Shown piece after piece: positions 10,179 to 20,686 of a DNA stretch of 64,000 nucleotides (position 1 is its first letter; each line of letters starts with the position of its first letter). The stretch is from Dehalococcoidia bacterium (GTDB taxonomy: Bacteria > Chloroflexota > Dehalococcoidia > DSTF01 > JACRBR01): positions 144,286 to 208,285 of the forward strand of contig JBGQBE010000001.1 of NCBI GenBank assembly GCA_041494685.1, given 5' to 3'. Below the pieces are notes generated by a model. That model made no database searches and had not been told where the DNA came from. It saw only the letters and a list, made by a program, of their open reading frames with translations. Both the position numbers and the translations under genes were made by a program.

Positions 10179-10553
10179 CTACCCCGTCGTCTGGCGCGTC
10201 CAGCTCGCCAGGTCGAAGAAGTCGCGCCACGCGGCGATCTTGCCGTCGCGCACCTCGAACGTGCCCATCACGTCCAGCTTCACCGTCTTGTCGCCGATCT
10301 TGAACGTGTCCACGCGCTCCGCCAGCACGACGTTGCCGTCGGCGGCGATGTGCTTGATCTCGAACTTCACGTCCGACGCCGGCGCCAGGATCATCGCCAG
10401 CAGCGCCTTGATCGCGTCCTTGCCCTGCGCCGGCGCCATCGGCATGTTGTGGTACACCCCGTCGTCCGTGAACGAGTCGAGGATGCGCTGCTGGTCCAGC
10501 GCTTCCCATGCCTTGCAGAAGTCCAGTACGACCTGTTTCGCGTCTGCCATCAT
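10179..10553 (-). CDS. SnoaL/NTF2-like protein (limonene-1,2-epoxide hydrolase-like)
   Basis: 124 aa. DFCKAWEALD...VYHNMP pattern of the LEH/SnoaL_2 fold. Confidence 0.6.
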   Translation of the reverse strand: MMADAKQVVLDFCKAWEALDQQRILDSFTDDGVYHNMPMAPAQGKDAIKALLAMILAPASDVKFEIKHIAADGNVVLAERVDTFKIGDKTVKLDVMGTFEVRDGKIAAWRDFFDLASWTRQTTG

Positions 10554-10604
10554 CGCCTCCTTGTAGCCGGGCGATCATACGCGCCGCGGCAGCCTGTGGC
10601 CAGT

Positions 10605-10961
10605 TCAGGGAGCGCCGCGGTCCTTGCCCGTGCTGTGGCGGTAGTACACCACCTCTACGTCCGACAACGTCACCAGGCCGTCGCCCGCCATCTCGTCGAT
10701 GATCGGCAGCACCCGCCCGATGCGCTCGGCGCGGTCCACCACCTCGATCACCAGCGGCAGGTCCTCCGACAGGCGCAGGATGTGCGCCGAGTGGATGCGG
10801 CTGTTCGCGCCGAAGCCCTCGACCGCGCGCAGCACCGTCGCGCCGGCGACGCCCTCCTGCCGCAGCCGCTCCACGAGCGCCGTCGCCAGCGGCTTGCCGT
10901 GCCACTTGTCCGCCTCGCCGATGTAGATCCGGAGCATCTTCGCGGGGCCCGTCAGGTCCAT
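10605..10961 (-). CDS. DUF190 domain protein (fluoride-associated, CrcB partner)
   Basis: MLRIYIGEADKW...GATVLRAVEGFG, characteristic of DUF190. Immediately downstream of crcB. Confidence 0.75.
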   Translation of the reverse strand: MDLTGPAKMLRIYIGEADKWHGKPLATALVERLRQEGVAGATVLRAVEGFGANSRIHSAHILRLSEDLPLVIEVVDRAERIGRVLPIIDEMAGDGLVTLSDVEVVYYRHSTGKDRGAP

Positions 10962-10983
10962 CGCACCACCTCCGCTGCCGTCG

Positions 10984-11352
10984 TCAGAGCGCGCGCGCCA
11001 GCGCCGTGCCGGCGTACACCGCCATCATCCCGCAGACGATGCTGCCGGCGATGTTGAGCGACGCGCCCAGCATGTTCCGCATCTCCATCATCTGCATCGT
11101 CTCCCACGTCCACGACGAGAACGTGGTGAAGCCGCCCAGGAAGCCCACGGCCACCAGCAGCCGCAGCTGGGGCGGCCACATGAAGCGCTCCTCGCTCAGC
11201 GTCAGGAAGAGGCCGATCAGGAACGAGCCCACGATGTTCACCGTGAACACGCCGAGGCCCGTCGGCCCGTCCCACTGTGTGACGCGCCCCGTCACGTAGT
11301 AGCGGGACACCGTGCCCACCGCGCCGCCGATCGCCAGATAGAGAACGTTCAT
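10984..11352 (-). CDS. crcB: Fluoride ion channel CrcB/Fluc
   Basis: ORF 10984..11472 trimmed to MNVLYLAIGGAVGTVSRYY. GGFTTFSS motif. Confidence 0.85.
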   Translation of the reverse strand: MNVLYLAIGGAVGTVSRYYVTGRVTQWDGPTGLGVFTVNIVGSFLIGLFLTLSEERFMWPPQLRLLVAVGFLGGFTTFSSWTWETMQMMEMRNMLGASLNIAGSIVCGMMAVYAGTALARAL

Positions 11353-11377
11353 AGCAAAGAAAAAGCCCCTACCGCCG

Positions 11378-11432
11378 TTGGTAGGAGCCATCAGCCCTCG
11401 CGGGCAGTCCGGGCGAGCCCCATCGCCCGTAG
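11378..11432 (-). promoter_or_regulatory. Fluoride riboswitch (crcB RNA motif) with terminator-type expression platform
   Basis: Minus-strand RNA GGGCGAUGGGGCUCGCCCGGACUGCCCGCGAGGGCUGAUGGCUCCUACC is near-identical in architecture to the Thermotoga petrophila fluoride aptamer. It is followed by hairpin CCUACCAACGGCGGUAGG plus GGCUUUUUCUUUG immediately 5' of the crcB ATG. Confidence 0.85.
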
Positions 11433-11484
11433 CCGATGCTCCAGTGTAGTGCGGAGCGCCGGCTACGGGCAACGGGTCGCGTCA

Positions 11485-12288
11485 TCACGCTACGGGCGGC
11501 GTTTCCTGCTTCGGCTGCCGCGGCATGAAGATGTAGTTCTGCACAACGGCCGCCGCCGATGCTCCGCCGATCGGACCAACCCAGTAAATCCAGGCGTCCT
11601 TCCACGTTCCGTCGACGAGCGCCACGCCGAAGTGGCGCGACGGGTTCATCGCGGCGCCCGTCAAAGGACCGCCCATGAGGATGTCCATCGTGATCGTCAG
11701 GCCGATGGCGAGCGGCGCAATGGCGCCTGCCCCGCGATTGTCGACCGCAACGCCATAGATCACGTACATCAGAAAGAATGACAGGATCATCTCGATGATC
11801 AGGGCGTTCGCCCGCCCCACGATGATGAAGTCGTTGTCCGGATTGCCTCCGTAATTTACCGAAGGAATCGCCTGCGTGAGCGTCGCGTTCGACTGATCGA
11901 AGAGCTTCTTGAGGATGAGTGCAGCGACGACGGCGCCGAACAACTGTGCCACGATGTAGGCGATGGACTTGATCGTGCCGATCCTGCCGCCCAGCCAGAG
12001 ACCTACCGTGACGGCGGGGTTGTAGTGCCCTCCCGAGATGTGGCCCGCCGCGGCGACCATCAGTCCTATGGCGAGGCCGTGCGCGAGCGCCACCATGACG
12101 AGTGTGCCGCCGTTGCCGTATCCCTGCGTCACCGCCAGCAAGATCGAGCCGGCGCCGAGGAATGTCAGCGCGAACGGCCCGATGAACTCCGCGATGAGCG
12201 GCCTGATCCACTGCTCCAGCAGGTCCGCCGGCAGGAAGTTCTCCGCGTTCAGTTCCCGCGCCGGAACCATCATGTCGTTGTCGGCCAT
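11485..12288 (-). CDS. MIP family channel (aquaporin/glycerol facilitator-like)
   Basis: HYNPAVT (first NPA box) and NPSRHFG (second box, NPS variant). 6 TM helices. Confidence 0.85.
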   Translation of the reverse strand: MADNDMMVPARELNAENFLPADLLEQWIRPLIAEFIGPFALTFLGAGSILLAVTQGYGNGGTLVMVALAHGLAIGLMVAAAGHISGGHYNPAVTVGLWLGGRIGTIKSIAYIVAQLFGAVVAALILKKLFDQSNATLTQAIPSVNYGGNPDNDFIIVGRANALIIEMILSFFLMYVIYGVAVDNRGAGAIAPLAIGLTITMDILMGGPLTGAAMNPSRHFGVALVDGTWKDAWIYWVGPIGGASAAAVVQNYIFMPRQPKQETPPVA

Positions 12289-12400
12289 GTTTCCTCCGCC
12301 GAATTGCTAAAGAGCGTAACCGGTTACAGGGATCATCGTAGATTTACGGGCGCTGGCTGTCAATAGCGCTGATCGGGGCAGGACGCGCGCCGAAGCAGCA

Positions 12401-12808
12401 CTACGGCTCGGGCACCAGAACGTCTAGGCCGGGCACGCGCACAAAGTGCCGCAGGTTCCGCGTTACCACCGTCATGCCGAACCGCAGTGCAGTTGACGCG
12501 ATGAGCAGGTCGTTGTCCGGGACGAGATTGCCGTTCGCCCGCAACGCGCCCCGCACCTCCGCCCAGATCTCCGCCACGGTGGCGGTTACGTCCAGTACGT
12601 CGATACCCGCAACGAAGTCCCACCAGCGGACAGCGTTGAGGGCGCGCTCTCGCGAGTAGAGCACGCCCTCAAGCACTTCGCCGAACGTGATAACGCTGAT
12701 CGCCAGCCCGTCAGCTCGAATATCCTGGACCATCCTTCTCAGCGATTCTTCTCGTCTTCGGATGGCTTTGATACAGATGTCGCTGTCCAGCAGGTACTTC
12801 GCCGCCAT
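12401..12808 (-). CDS. vapC: PIN-domain toxin VapC
   Basis: MAAKYLLDSDICI start with catalytic Asp. ORF 12401..13054 trimmed. Confidence 0.75.
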   Translation of the reverse strand: MAAKYLLDSDICIKAIRRREESLRRMVQDIRADGLAISVITFGEVLEGVLYSRERALNAVRWWDFVAGIDVLDVTATVAEIWAEVRGALRANGNLVPDNDLLIASTALRFGMTVVTRNLRHFVRVPGLDVLVPEP

Positions 12809-13175
12809 CGTCGCCGACCTCCGGTTCATCATCGTCCAGCGAGAGGCGGCGCGCGCTCGCGCCCTCCTCTCGCCAGCGATACACGTTCGCCGCCAGCTCC
12901 TCGGCCTCGATGCCCGCCCAGCCGGCCGCCATGGCGGCGTCCATGCGCTCGGCGCCCCCCGGCTCCGCGCGCCGGGAGAGCGCCCGCTCGTACTCCTCCT
13001 CGACAGCGGCACTCCCTGGCTCGTAGCGGGCGGGCTCCGGCTCGTACCGCACAAGCAAGGCCACGGGCACGCCGCCCTTGGCGATAACGATGTCCTCGCG
13101 CTCGAGGGCGCGCAGCACCTCGCCCAGGTGAACGCGAAGCTCAGTGGCGGCCATGATCCGGCGTTTCTTCTTCAT
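12711..13175 (-). CDS. vapB: Type II antitoxin (Phd/YefM- or VapB-like)
   Basis: MAATELRVHLGEVLRALEREDIVIAKGGVPVALLV N-terminus typical of Phd/YefM antitoxins. The frame overlaps the vapC 5' end by ~100 nt in a different frame (unusual). Alternative start at 13154. Confidence 0.6.
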   Translation of the reverse strand: MKKKRRIMAATELRVHLGEVLRALEREDIVIAKGGVPVALLVRYEPEPARYEPGSAAVEEEYERALSRRAEPGGAERMDAAMAAGWAGIEAEELAANVYRWREEGASARRLSLDDDEPEVGDDGGEVPAGQRHLYQSHPKTRRIAEKDGPGYSS

Positions 13176-13183
13176 AACTCATC

Positions 13184-13213
13184 GATTTTACTCGATATCC
13201 ATCGATCCTGTCA
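13184..13213 (-). promoter_or_regulatory. Sigma70-type promoter of vapBC (TTGACA-N18-TAAAAT) embedded in ATCGA repeats
   Basis: Minus-strand TTGACAGGATCGATGGATATCGAGTAAAATCGATGAG, in a locally low-GC stretch directly upstream of the antitoxin start. Confidence 0.5.
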
Positions 13214-13311
13214 AGGAGTACTGCCGCATTCCAGGCAACAAGAAAGGCGGCTCGTCTGGCCACCCCTCTCGATTCGAATCTTCTGTCTCGGATCGCCCCG
13301 ACCAGCCGCGG

Positions 13312-14760
13312 TCAGAGCAGCGGGCGCGCCGTCGGCTCGATCGGCGCTGCGAGTTGCGTCTCCCCCGCGAGGTGTCGGTCGACGCCGGCGGCGCACGAGC
13401 GCCCCTCCGCGATCGCCCACACGATGAGGCTCTGGCCTCGCCCCATGTCACCGCAGGCGAACACGCCCGGCACGCTGGTCATGAACGAGCCGTCGCGCGC
13501 GACGTTGCCGCGCGCGTCGAAGCCGACGCCAAGGCTCTCGAGCAATCCATCCCGTTCAGGGCCCACAAAGCCCATCGCCAACAGGACGAGCTCGCAGGGC
13601 AGCTCGAAGTCGGTGCCCTCGATCTTCTCGAAGCGGCCGTCCACCATCTCGACCTCGTAGGCGACCAGCGCACGCACGATCCCGTCTTCGTCGCCGACGA
13701 AGCGTTCCGTGTTCACGCTGAAGACGCGCTCGCCGCCTTCCTCATGGGCCGACGACACGCGGAAGACGTTCGACCACATCGGCCACGGGTTCGTGGGCGC
13801 GCGGCGCTCGGGCGGCCGCGGCAGGATCTCGAACTGGTGGACCGACAGGGCGCCCTGGCGGTGCGCGGTGCCGAGACAGTCGGCGCCGGTGTCGCCGCCA
13901 CCGATGATCACGACGCGCTTGCCGGCCGCCGTAATCGTGGGCTCCGGCAGGTCGCCCTCCTGCACCCGGTTGCCGATCGGTAGGTACTCCATGGCCTGGT
14001 GAATCCCGCGCAGCTCGCGTCCGGGGATCGGGAGGTCGCGCGCGGCGGTCGCGCCGCCGGCGAGGACCGTCGCGTCGAACCCGCGGAGTTCGGACACCGC
14101 GACGTCGACACCCACGTTGGCGTTCACGCGGAACTCGGTGCCCTCGGCGCGCATCTGGTCGAGCCGGCGGTCGAGGTGCCGCTTCTCCATCTTGAACTCG
14201 GGGATGCCGTACCTGAGCAGCCCACCGATGCGGTCGGCGCGCTCGAACACCACGACGTCGTGTCCGGCGCGCGTCAGCTGTTGGGCCGCGGCCAGGCCCG
14301 CCGGGCCCGATCCGACGACGGCTACACGCTTACCGGTCCGAACCGACGGCACGATCGGCTGGATCCAGCCTTCGGCCCACGCACGATCGACGATCTCGAC
14401 TTCCACCTGCTTGATTGTGACCGGGTCCTGGTTGATCCCGAGCACGCACGACGCCTCACACGGCGCGGGGCAAAGCCGCCCCGTGAACTCGGGGAAGTTG
14501 TTCGTGGCGTGCAGCCGCTCGATCGCCTCTCGCCAATGATCTCGGTATACGAGGTCGTTCCAGTCGGGGATCAGGTTGCCGAGCGGGCACCCGTTGTTGC
14601 AGAACGGGATCCCGCAATCCATGCAGCGGCCGGCCTGCTGCTTGAGCGTGTCGCGCTCGAACGGCTCGTACACCTCGCGCCAATCGTGGAGCCGCACCGA
14701 CACCGGGCGCCGCTTGGGTGTGATCCGTCCCCATCTCAGGAAGCCGTTCGTCTCACCCAT
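13312..14760 (-). CDS. gltD: Glutamate synthase small (beta) subunit
   Basis: [14 protein letters not shown] dinucleotide fold. Fe-S Cys clusters near the N-terminus. Start [11 protein letters not shown] overlaps the gltB stop by 8 nt. Confidence 0.9.
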   Translation of the reverse strand: MGETNGFLRWGRITPKRRPVSVRLHDWREVYEPFERDTLKQQAGRCMDCGIPFCNNGCPLGNLIPDWNDLVYRDHWREAIERLHATNNFPEFTGRLCPAPCEASCVLGINQDPVTIKQVEVEIVDRAWAEGWIQPIVPSVRTGKRVAVVGSGPAGLAAAQQLTRAGHDVVVFERADRIGGLLRYGIPEFKMEKRHLDRRLDQMRAEGTEFRVNANVGVDVAVSELRGFDATVLAGGATAARDLPIPGRELRGIHQAMEYLPIGNRVQEGDLPEPTITAAGKRVVIIGGGDTGADCLGTAHRQGALSVHQFEILPRPPERRAPTNPWPMWSNVFRVSSAHEEGGERVFSVNTERFVGDEDGIVRALVAYEVEMVDGRFEKIEGTDFELPCELVLLAMGFVGPERDGLLESLGVGFDARGNVARDGSFMTSVPGVFACGDMGRGQSLIVWAIAEGRSCAAGVDRHLAGETQLAAPIEPTARPLL

Positions 14761-17700
14761 GTGCCGCCGCCATGACCCGTTTGAGCGTCTCTTCCTCGGA
14801 CCAGCCCGACGCGGCCGCCTCGTGCATGACGGCGAGCACACGCTTGAAGTCCTGGGGCATCACCTTGCGGAACGACTCGACTTCGCTCTCCCACTGTGTG
14901 AGCAAGCGGTCGGCGACATCGGAGCCAGTGAGCTCGCGATGACGCTCGACCGTCGCGCGCAGCCACTCACGGTCGTCGAGCGTGAGCGGTTCGAGCTCCA
15001 CCATTTGGTAGTTGACCAGCGCGGGAAAGCGGTCGTCAGGGTCATAGACGTACGCGACCCCACCTGACATCCCGGCGGCGAAGTTCCGCCCGGTCGGTCC
15101 CAGCACGACCACCCGTCCGCCGGTCATGTACTCGCATCCGTGGTCGCCGATACCTTCGGCGACCGCCGTCGCGCCGGAGTTACGCACGCAGAACCGCTCG
15201 CCCACCATGCCGCGCAGGTACGCCTCACCCGACGTCGCGCCGTAGAGCACGACGTTGCCGGCGAGGACGTTGTCCTCGGCCGCGAAGAGCGCGTCCCGAT
15301 CGGGGTGCACGATCACAATACCGCCGGACAGGCCCTTCGCGGTGTAGTCGTTGGCGTCGCCTTCAAGTCGCAGCGTGATGCCGCGAGGTACGAACGCGCC
15401 GAAGCTCTGACCCGCCGATCCGCGCAGGTGAATGCGGATCGTGTTGTCAGGAAGTCCGGCGCCACCCCACCGCTTCGTCACCTCTGAGCCGAGCATCGTG
15501 CCCACGGAGCGGTTCGTATTGCGAACGGGAGCCTCGATCTCGACGCAGCTTCCGTCAGCGAGCGCGGCGGCGGCCTGCTCGATGAGTTGGCGATCGAGGG
15601 CCCGTTCGAGGCCATGATCCTGACCACGGCTGCAGAAGCGGGCGCTCTCGTACGGGTTGTCCGCCTCCGCGAGGATGGGCGCAAGATCGAGGCCGTGCGC
15701 CTTCCAGTGGTCGATTGCCGCTCTCACGTCGAGCACCTCGGTATGCCCGATCGCTTCGGCGATCGAGCGGAAGCCCAGTGCCGCGAGGTACTCGCGCACC
15801 TCTTCGGCGATGAACTCGAAGAAGTTGACGACGAACTCCGGCTTCCCGGAGAAGCGCTTGCGCAGCTCGGGATTCTGGGTCGCGATCCCGACCGGACAGG
15901 TGTCGAGGTGGCAGACGCGCATCATCACGCAACCGCTCACGACGAGTGGCGCGGTGCCGAAACCGAACTCCTCGCCCCCGAGCAGCGCGGCGATCAACAC
16001 GTCGCGCCCCGTCTTCAACTGTCCGTCGACCTGCACAACGATCCGGTCGCGCAGGCCGTTGCGCATGAGCGTCTGCTGCGTCTCGGCAAGGCCGAGTTCC
16101 CAGGGCGCGCCAGCGTGTTTGATCGACGTGAGCGGCGACGCGCCGGTGCCGCCGTCATGGCCCGAGATGAGCACGACATCGCTGTGCGCCTTCGCCACGC
16201 CGGCGGCAACCGTGCCAACGCCCACCTGGGCGACGAGCTTCACGTGCACGCGCGCGGCCGGGTTGGCGTTCTTCAGGTCGTGGATGAGCTGCTTGATGTC
16301 CTCGATCGAATAGATGTCGTGATGCGGCGGCGGGCTGATCAGGCCGACGCCCGGTGTGGAGTACCGGGTCCTGGCAATCCATGGGTACACCTTGTGGCCG
16401 GGGAGCTGACCGCCTTCGCCAGGCTTCGCGCCCTGGGCCATCTTGATCTGGAGATCGTCCGCGTTGACGAGGTACTCAGACGTCACACCGAAGCGGCCCG
16501 ACGCAACCTGGTGCACGGCCGAACGACGGAGATCGCCGTTCGCATCGCGCACGTAGCGGTCGGCGTCTTCGCCGCCCTCGCCGGTGTTGGACTTGGCACC
16601 GATCCGGTTCATCGCAATGGCGAGAGTCTCGTGCACTTCCTTCGAGATCGAACCGTACGACATCGCCCCGGTCGCGAAGCGCTTGGTGATCTCGCTCGCG
16701 GGTTCCACCTCGTCGATCGGGACGGGCGGGCGCACACCCTCGCGGAGCGTGAACAAGCCGCGCAGCGTGGCCAGGCGCTTCGACTGGTCGTCCACAAGGC
16801 GCGTGTACTCCTTGTAGACGTCGTATCGCTTGGCTCGCGTCGCGTGCTGGAGCTTGAACACGGTTTCGGGGTTGAAGAGGTGGTACTCGCCCTCGCGGCG
16901 CCACTGGTACTCGCCGCCCAGCTCGAGATCGCGATGAGCGAGCTCGGCGGGTCGGGGGGCGTAGGCGCGCCGGTGGCGACACGCGACCTCTTCCGCGATT
17001 TCGTCGAGGCCGATGCCACCGAGTCGCGATACCGTGCCGGTGAAGTACTCGTCCACAAGTTCGTGGCCCAGCCCGATGGCCTCGAAGACCTGCGCCGCCC
17101 GGTACGAAGCCACGGCGGAGATGCCCATCTTCGACATCACCTTCAGCACACCCTTGCCGGCTGCCTTCACGTAGTTCTTGATGGCCTGGTGCGGGGCCAT
17201 CTCACCCAGCCCGTAGAGCCCTTGCGCGACGAGGTCCTCTATCGACTCGAAGGCGAGGTACGGGTTGATCGCGCCCGCGCCGTACCCGATGAGCAAGGCC
17301 ATGTGGTGCACCTCACGCGCGTCACCGGTCTCCAGCACCAGACCCACCTGGGTGCGCTTGAGCTCACGGATGAGGTGGTGATGCACCGCGGACACGAGCA
17401 GTAACGAAGGGATCGGGGCAAGGTCCGGCCCGGAGTCGCGATCCGAGAGCACGATGATCCGCACGCCCTGTGCGATCGCCGCCGACGCTTCGGCCCGCAC
17501 GCGGTCGAGTGCTTCGCGCAACGCCGCCCCGCCACCCGCGACCCGGTAGAAGCCCGAGATCACGCGTGCCGCGAACTCCGGCCGGTCGCCGTCGTCGTTG
17601 ATGTGGATGAGCTTGGCCAGCTCGTCGTTGTCGAGGATCGGGAAGGGCAGAGCGATCTGGTGACACGCGTCGGGCTGGGCGTCAAGCAGGTTGCCCTCGG

Positions 17701-19348
17701 CGCCGATCGTCGACGCGAGCGAGGTGACGAGCTCTTCACGGATCGCGTCGAGCGGCGGATTCGTGACCTGCGCGAAGAGCTGCTGAAAGTAGTCGAACAG
17801 CAGCCGGGAACGCACCGACAACACCGCCACCGGCGTGTCGGAGCCCATCGAGCCGATCGCCTCGGTCCCTGTTTTGGCCATCGGCGCCACGAGGAGCTTC
17901 AGCTCCTCGTGCGTGTACCCGAACGTCATCTGGCGTCGGACCACCGACTGGTGCGAATAGACCATGTGCGCCCGGTCAGGCAGATCACTCAGGTGCACGA
18001 GACCCTGTTCGCACCATTGCTCGTACGGATGCGCCGTAGCGAGCGTGGACTTGATCTCTTCGTCCTCGACGACGCGGCCCAGGGAGGTGTCGACAAGGAA
18101 CATCTTCCCCGGCTGCAGCCGGCCCTTCTTGACCACGCGCGCCGGGTCGATGTCGACCACGCCGGTCTCGCTCGCCATGATCACCCGGTTGTCGTCGGTG
18201 ACCCAGTAGCGGCTCGGCCGCAAGCCGTTGCGGTCGAGCACCGCGCCGATCACGGTGCCGTCTGTGAACGCGATCGATGCGGGCCCGTCCCACGGCTCGA
18301 TGAGCGACGCGTGGTAGCGATAGAACGCGCGCTTGGCCGCCGACATCGTGGCGTGGTTCTCCCACGCCTCCGGGATCATCATCAGCACCGCGTGCGCGAG
18401 CGAGCGGCCGCCGAGATGCAAGAGCTCGAGGCACTCGTCGAAGCTCGCGGTGTCGGACGATTCGTCCGTGATGATCGGGAAGGCGCGCTCCAGGTCGGGA
18501 ATCAATGGTGTTGAGATCTGCGCGGAGCGCGCGCGCATCCAGTTGCGATTGCCCTGCACCGTGTTGATCTCGCCGTTGTGGGCGAGGTAGCGGTACGGGT
18601 GCGCGAGCGGCCACGATGGGAACGTATTGGTCGAGAACCTGCTGTGCACCAGCGCGAGCGCCGACTCGATGCGCGGGTCGCGCAACTCGACGAAGAACTC
18701 ACCGAGCTGCGGCGTCGTCAACATACCCTTGTAGACCAGCGTACGGCTCGATAGCGAGGGGAAGTAGATCGACAGGTCGGCGGGGATCTCGTGCTCGATC
18801 CGGTTGCGCAGCACGAACAGCTTGCGGTCAAGGTCGATGCCCGCCGACCCCGCCGGGTCGGTGACGAAGCAGTGCCAGAAGCCGGGCATCACCGCGCGCG
18901 CGGTCGGCCCGATCATCGAGTCGTCGACGGGAACGCTTCGCCAGCCGATGACCCGCAGACCCTGTTCCTCGGCGAGGTCCTCCACCACGCTGCGCGCCTT
19001 CATGGCCGCGTTCGCCTCCGATGGGAGGAACGCGAGCCCGACGCCATAGGCGCCGGCGGGCGGGAGCGAGAACCGGGTGACGCCGCGGAGGAACGCATCC
19101 GGTACCTGGATGAGAATCCCCGCGCCGTCACCGGTGTTGACCTCGGCGCCCGATGCGCCGCGATGGTCGAGATTGCAGAGCGCGCCGAGAGCTGTGGCGA
19201 CGATGTCGTGGCTCTTGGCCCCCGTGACGTCGACGACGAAGCCAACGCCACACGCGTCGTGCTCGAAGCGGGGGTCATAGAGACCGCTCGCTTCGGGCAA
19301 CGCGCTGAACGGCAGAGGTCGCCTTGTCAGCTCCTCGGGAGTGGGCAC
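14753..19348 (-). CDS. gltB: Glutamate synthase large (alpha) subunit
   Basis: Amidotransferase N-terminus DACGVGF after a ~31-aa propeptide. Start set at GTG (VPTPEEL) with GAGGA 5 nt upstream. 1531 aa. Confidence 0.85.
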   Translation of the reverse strand: MPTPEELTRRPLPFSALPEASGLYDPRFEHDACGVGFVVDVTGAKSHDIVATALGALCNLDHRGASGAEVNTGDGAGILIQVPDAFLRGVTRFSLPPAGAYGVGLAFLPSEANAAMKARSVVEDLAEEQGLRVIGWRSVPVDDSMIGPTARAVMPGFWHCFVTDPAGSAGIDLDRKLFVLRNRIEHEIPADLSIYFPSLSSRTLVYKGMLTTPQLGEFFVELRDPRIESALALVHSRFSTNTFPSWPLAHPYRYLAHNGEINTVQGNRNWMRARSAQISTPLIPDLERAFPIITDESSDTASFDECLELLHLGGRSLAHAVLMMIPEAWENHATMSAAKRAFYRYHASLIEPWDGPASIAFTDGTVIGAVLDRNGLRPSRYWVTDDNRVIMASETGVVDIDPARVVKKGRLQPGKMFLVDTSLGRVVEDEEIKSTLATAHPYEQWCEQGLVHLSDLPDRAHMVYSHQSVVRRQMTFGYTHEELKLLVAPMAKTGTEAIGSMGSDTPVAVLSVRSRLLFDYFQQLFAQVTNPPLDAIREELVTSLASTIGAEGNLLDAQPDACHQIALPFPILDNDELAKLIHINDDGDRPEFAARVISGFYRVAGGGAALREALDRVRAEASAAIAQGVRIIVLSDRDSGPDLAPIPSLLLVSAVHHHLIRELKRTQVGLVLETGDAREVHHMALLIGYGAGAINPYLAFESIEDLVAQGLYGLGEMAPHQAIKNYVKAAGKGVLKVMSKMGISAVASYRAAQVFEAIGLGHELVDEYFTGTVSRLGGIGLDEIAEEVACRHRRAYAPRPAELAHRDLELGGEYQWRREGEYHLFNPETVFKLQHATRAKRYDVYKEYTRLVDDQSKRLATLRGLFTLREGVRPPVPIDEVEPASEITKRFATGAMSYGSISKEVHETLAIAMNRIGAKSNTGEGGEDADRYVRDANGDLRRSAVHQVASGRFGVTSEYLVNADDLQIKMAQGAKPGEGGQLPGHKVYPWIARTRYSTPGVGLISPPPHHDIYSIEDIKQLIHDLKNANPAARVHVKLVAQVGVGTVAAGVAKAHSDVVLISGHDGGTGASPLTSIKHAGAPWELGLAETQQTLMRNGLRDRIVVQVDGQLKTGRDVLIAALLGGEEFGFGTAPLVVSGCVMMRVCHLDTCPVGIATQNPELRKRFSGKPEFVVNFFEFIAEEVREYLAALGFRSIAEAIGHTEVLDVRAAIDHWKAHGLDLAPILAEADNPYESARFCSRGQDHGLERALDRQLIEQAAAALADGSCVEIEAPVRNTNRSVGTMLGSEVTKRWGGAGLPDNTIRIHLRGSAGQSFGAFVPRGITLRLEGDANDYTAKGLSGGIVIVHPDRDALFAAEDNVLAGNVVLYGATSGEAYLRGMVGERFCVRNSGATAVAEGIGDHGCEYMTGGRVVVLGPTGRNFAAGMSGGVAYVYDPDDRFPALVNYQMVELEPLTLDDREWLRATVERHRELTGSDVADRLLTQWESEVESFRKVMPQDFKRVLAVMHEAAASGWSEEETLKRVMAAAHG

Positions 19349-19521
19349 GTTTCCTCGCTTCTGGTGATCATGGTCCCGTCGCCGGTCCTGGCGTCTGCGT
19401 CCGGCGCACCCCGGTGCGACGGGCACCCGGCGATATCGGAAGCAAATCCGGTACCGCAGGCACCCCGCTCTGGATCGGGCCTGTACAGCGGATATTCCAC
19501 GTCTAACCCTGCTTGCGCGAT

Positions 19522-19551
19522 GTGAAGTGGGGCAATTGTAACACACTTCAC
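19522..19551. promoter_or_regulatory. Inverted repeat GTGAAGTG-N14-CACTTCAC containing TGTAACACACTTCACA, ~175 nt upstream of gltB; candidate nitrogen-regulator operator
   Basis: Palindrome read directly. Its gltB-sense strand contains TGAAGTGTGTTAC, which recurs upstream of glnA. Confidence 0.45.
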
Positions 19552-19848
19552 AATCGATGCCAGTCCGCCCGCGCCAGCTTCGGCCCGGACTCGCCGGAGA
19601 ATTGAATAAGGGTCGCCACAGCGACCCCCCTCAGCCCCGGGACGGCAGTGCCGCTCCGACGAGAAGACCTTTGAATTGCACGATACTACCCTAGCCCTCC
19701 AGCTTTGACAAGACCACCGGCTCCGATTCCGTCTCGCTCAGGCGCGGAGCGCCTGCTCGGCCGGCCACCAGCGCTTGACGTGAGCCGCCGACCTGTCGCA
19801 CACTCGCTTCACATTTCGCAGCCACAAGTTCGGAAAGGAGCTCCACCC

Positions 19849-20202
19849 ATGGCCGGTCGCAAGTACGGCGTGATCCTCTACGCGCGCACCCCGTCCAACT
19901 ACGCGGCGATGTCCGCCGCCGAGCGCGCGAAGCCCGGCAAGGCGTTCGAGCAGACGCTGAAGCAGTACGCCGGCAAGGTGGACCTGCTGCGGCGCTACTG
20001 GACCAGCACGTTCACCACCGAGTCGTCCGACGTGTTCGTGATGGAGTGCGACGACCCGGCACAGATGCACGCATTCCAGGAGGACCTCGACAGGGCGATG
20101 GCGCGCGGCGGCGGCGACCCCGGCCGCTTCGGCACCACCGTGCACGTCACCTTCGGCATCAACCCCGACGCCGACGCGCCAAAGGCGAAGGCGCGCAAGT
20201 AG
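19849..20202 (+). CDS. Hypothetical small protein (possible dimeric alpha+beta barrel fold)
   Basis: GGAAAGGAG RBS, ATG 19849, 117 aa. ORF 19705..20202 trimmed. Confidence 0.5.
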   Translation: MAGRKYGVILYARTPSNYAAMSAAERAKPGKAFEQTLKQYAGKVDLLRRYWTSTFTTESSDVFVMECDDPAQMHAFQEDLDRAMARGGGDPGRFGTTVHVTFGINPDADAPKAKARK

Positions 20203-20226
20203 CCGCACATCGCACGAGAACAGAGA

Positions 20227-20270
20227 CGGCGGCCGATTTCGCGGCCGCCGCCTCTCTTGAGTTCTGTTGT
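20227..20270 (+). terminator. Rho-independent terminator (CGGCGGCCG-AUUUCG-CGGCCGCCG stem-loop followed by U-rich tract)
   Basis: Perfect 9-bp GC stem followed by CCTCTCTTGAGTTCTGTTGTCTG. Confidence 0.5.
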
Positions 20271-20303
20271 CTGTTGTCTGTCTAGTAGCCGCCACAGGCG
20301 GCG

Positions 20304-20624
20304 CTACCAGATCCCCAGCTGCATCTTCACGTCGTCGCTCGCCATCGTCTTCGGATCCCACGGCGGCGAGAACGTCAGCTTGTTGATCACCTGCTTCACG
20401 CCCGGCAGGTCGATCAGCACGTCCTGGATCTGACCGTCGATCACGGCGCCCAGCGGGCAACCCGGGCTCGTCAGCGTGTACGTCACCGTCACGACGCCGT
20501 CGTCCGTGATCTCGACGCCGTACACCAGGCCCAGTTCCACGATGCTCATGTGGATCTCCGGGTCGAAAACGTCCTTCACCCGCTCCATCACCAGCTCTTC
20601 TGACAGCAGGCCCTTCACCGACAT
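20304..20624 (-). CDS. sufT: Fe-S assembly protein SufT (DUF59/MIP18 family)
   Basis: TSPGCPLG motif. Last gene of the suf operon. Confidence 0.75.
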   Translation of the reverse strand: MSVKGLLSEELVMERVKDVFDPEIHMSIVELGLVYGVEITDDGVVTVTYTLTSPGCPLGAVIDGQIQDVLIDLPGVKQVINKLTFSPPWDPKTMASDDVKMQLGIW

Positions 20625-20686
20625 GCCCCGTCCCTCCACTCATCTCTGACTTCGAACTACGAACTACCCACGTCAGACGTCAAACG

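Noticed and set aside
10000-11057. ORFs 10000..10905 (-) and 10098..11057 (+), ~300 aa each
   Set aside because: Alternate-frame Arg/Gly/Ala-rich translations across the LEH-like, DUF190 and crcB genes.
11369-12211. 280-aa ORF antisense-frame to the aquaporin
   Set aside because: Same-strand alternate frame of a clear MIP channel. Composition is Arg/Gly-rich.
12289-12400. Intergenic regions screened for tRNA/ncRNA (also 19560-19700, 35229-35397, 61170-61276)
   Set aside because: No cloverleaf-compatible sequence, no T-loop GTTCRANYC consensus, and no riboswitch-like conservation found by eye. Left unannotated.
15587-18514. Plus-strand ORFs 15587..17404 (605 aa), 17603..18514 (303 aa) and others antisense to gltB
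   Set aside because: gltB is unambiguous over this interval. The antisense frames are Arg/Asp/Val-rich artefacts of GC-skewed codon usage.
19738-20643. 301-aa minus-strand ORF spanning the small + gene and sufT
   Set aside because: Low-complexity Arg/Gly frame. Both underlying genes are supported by RBS and motifs.
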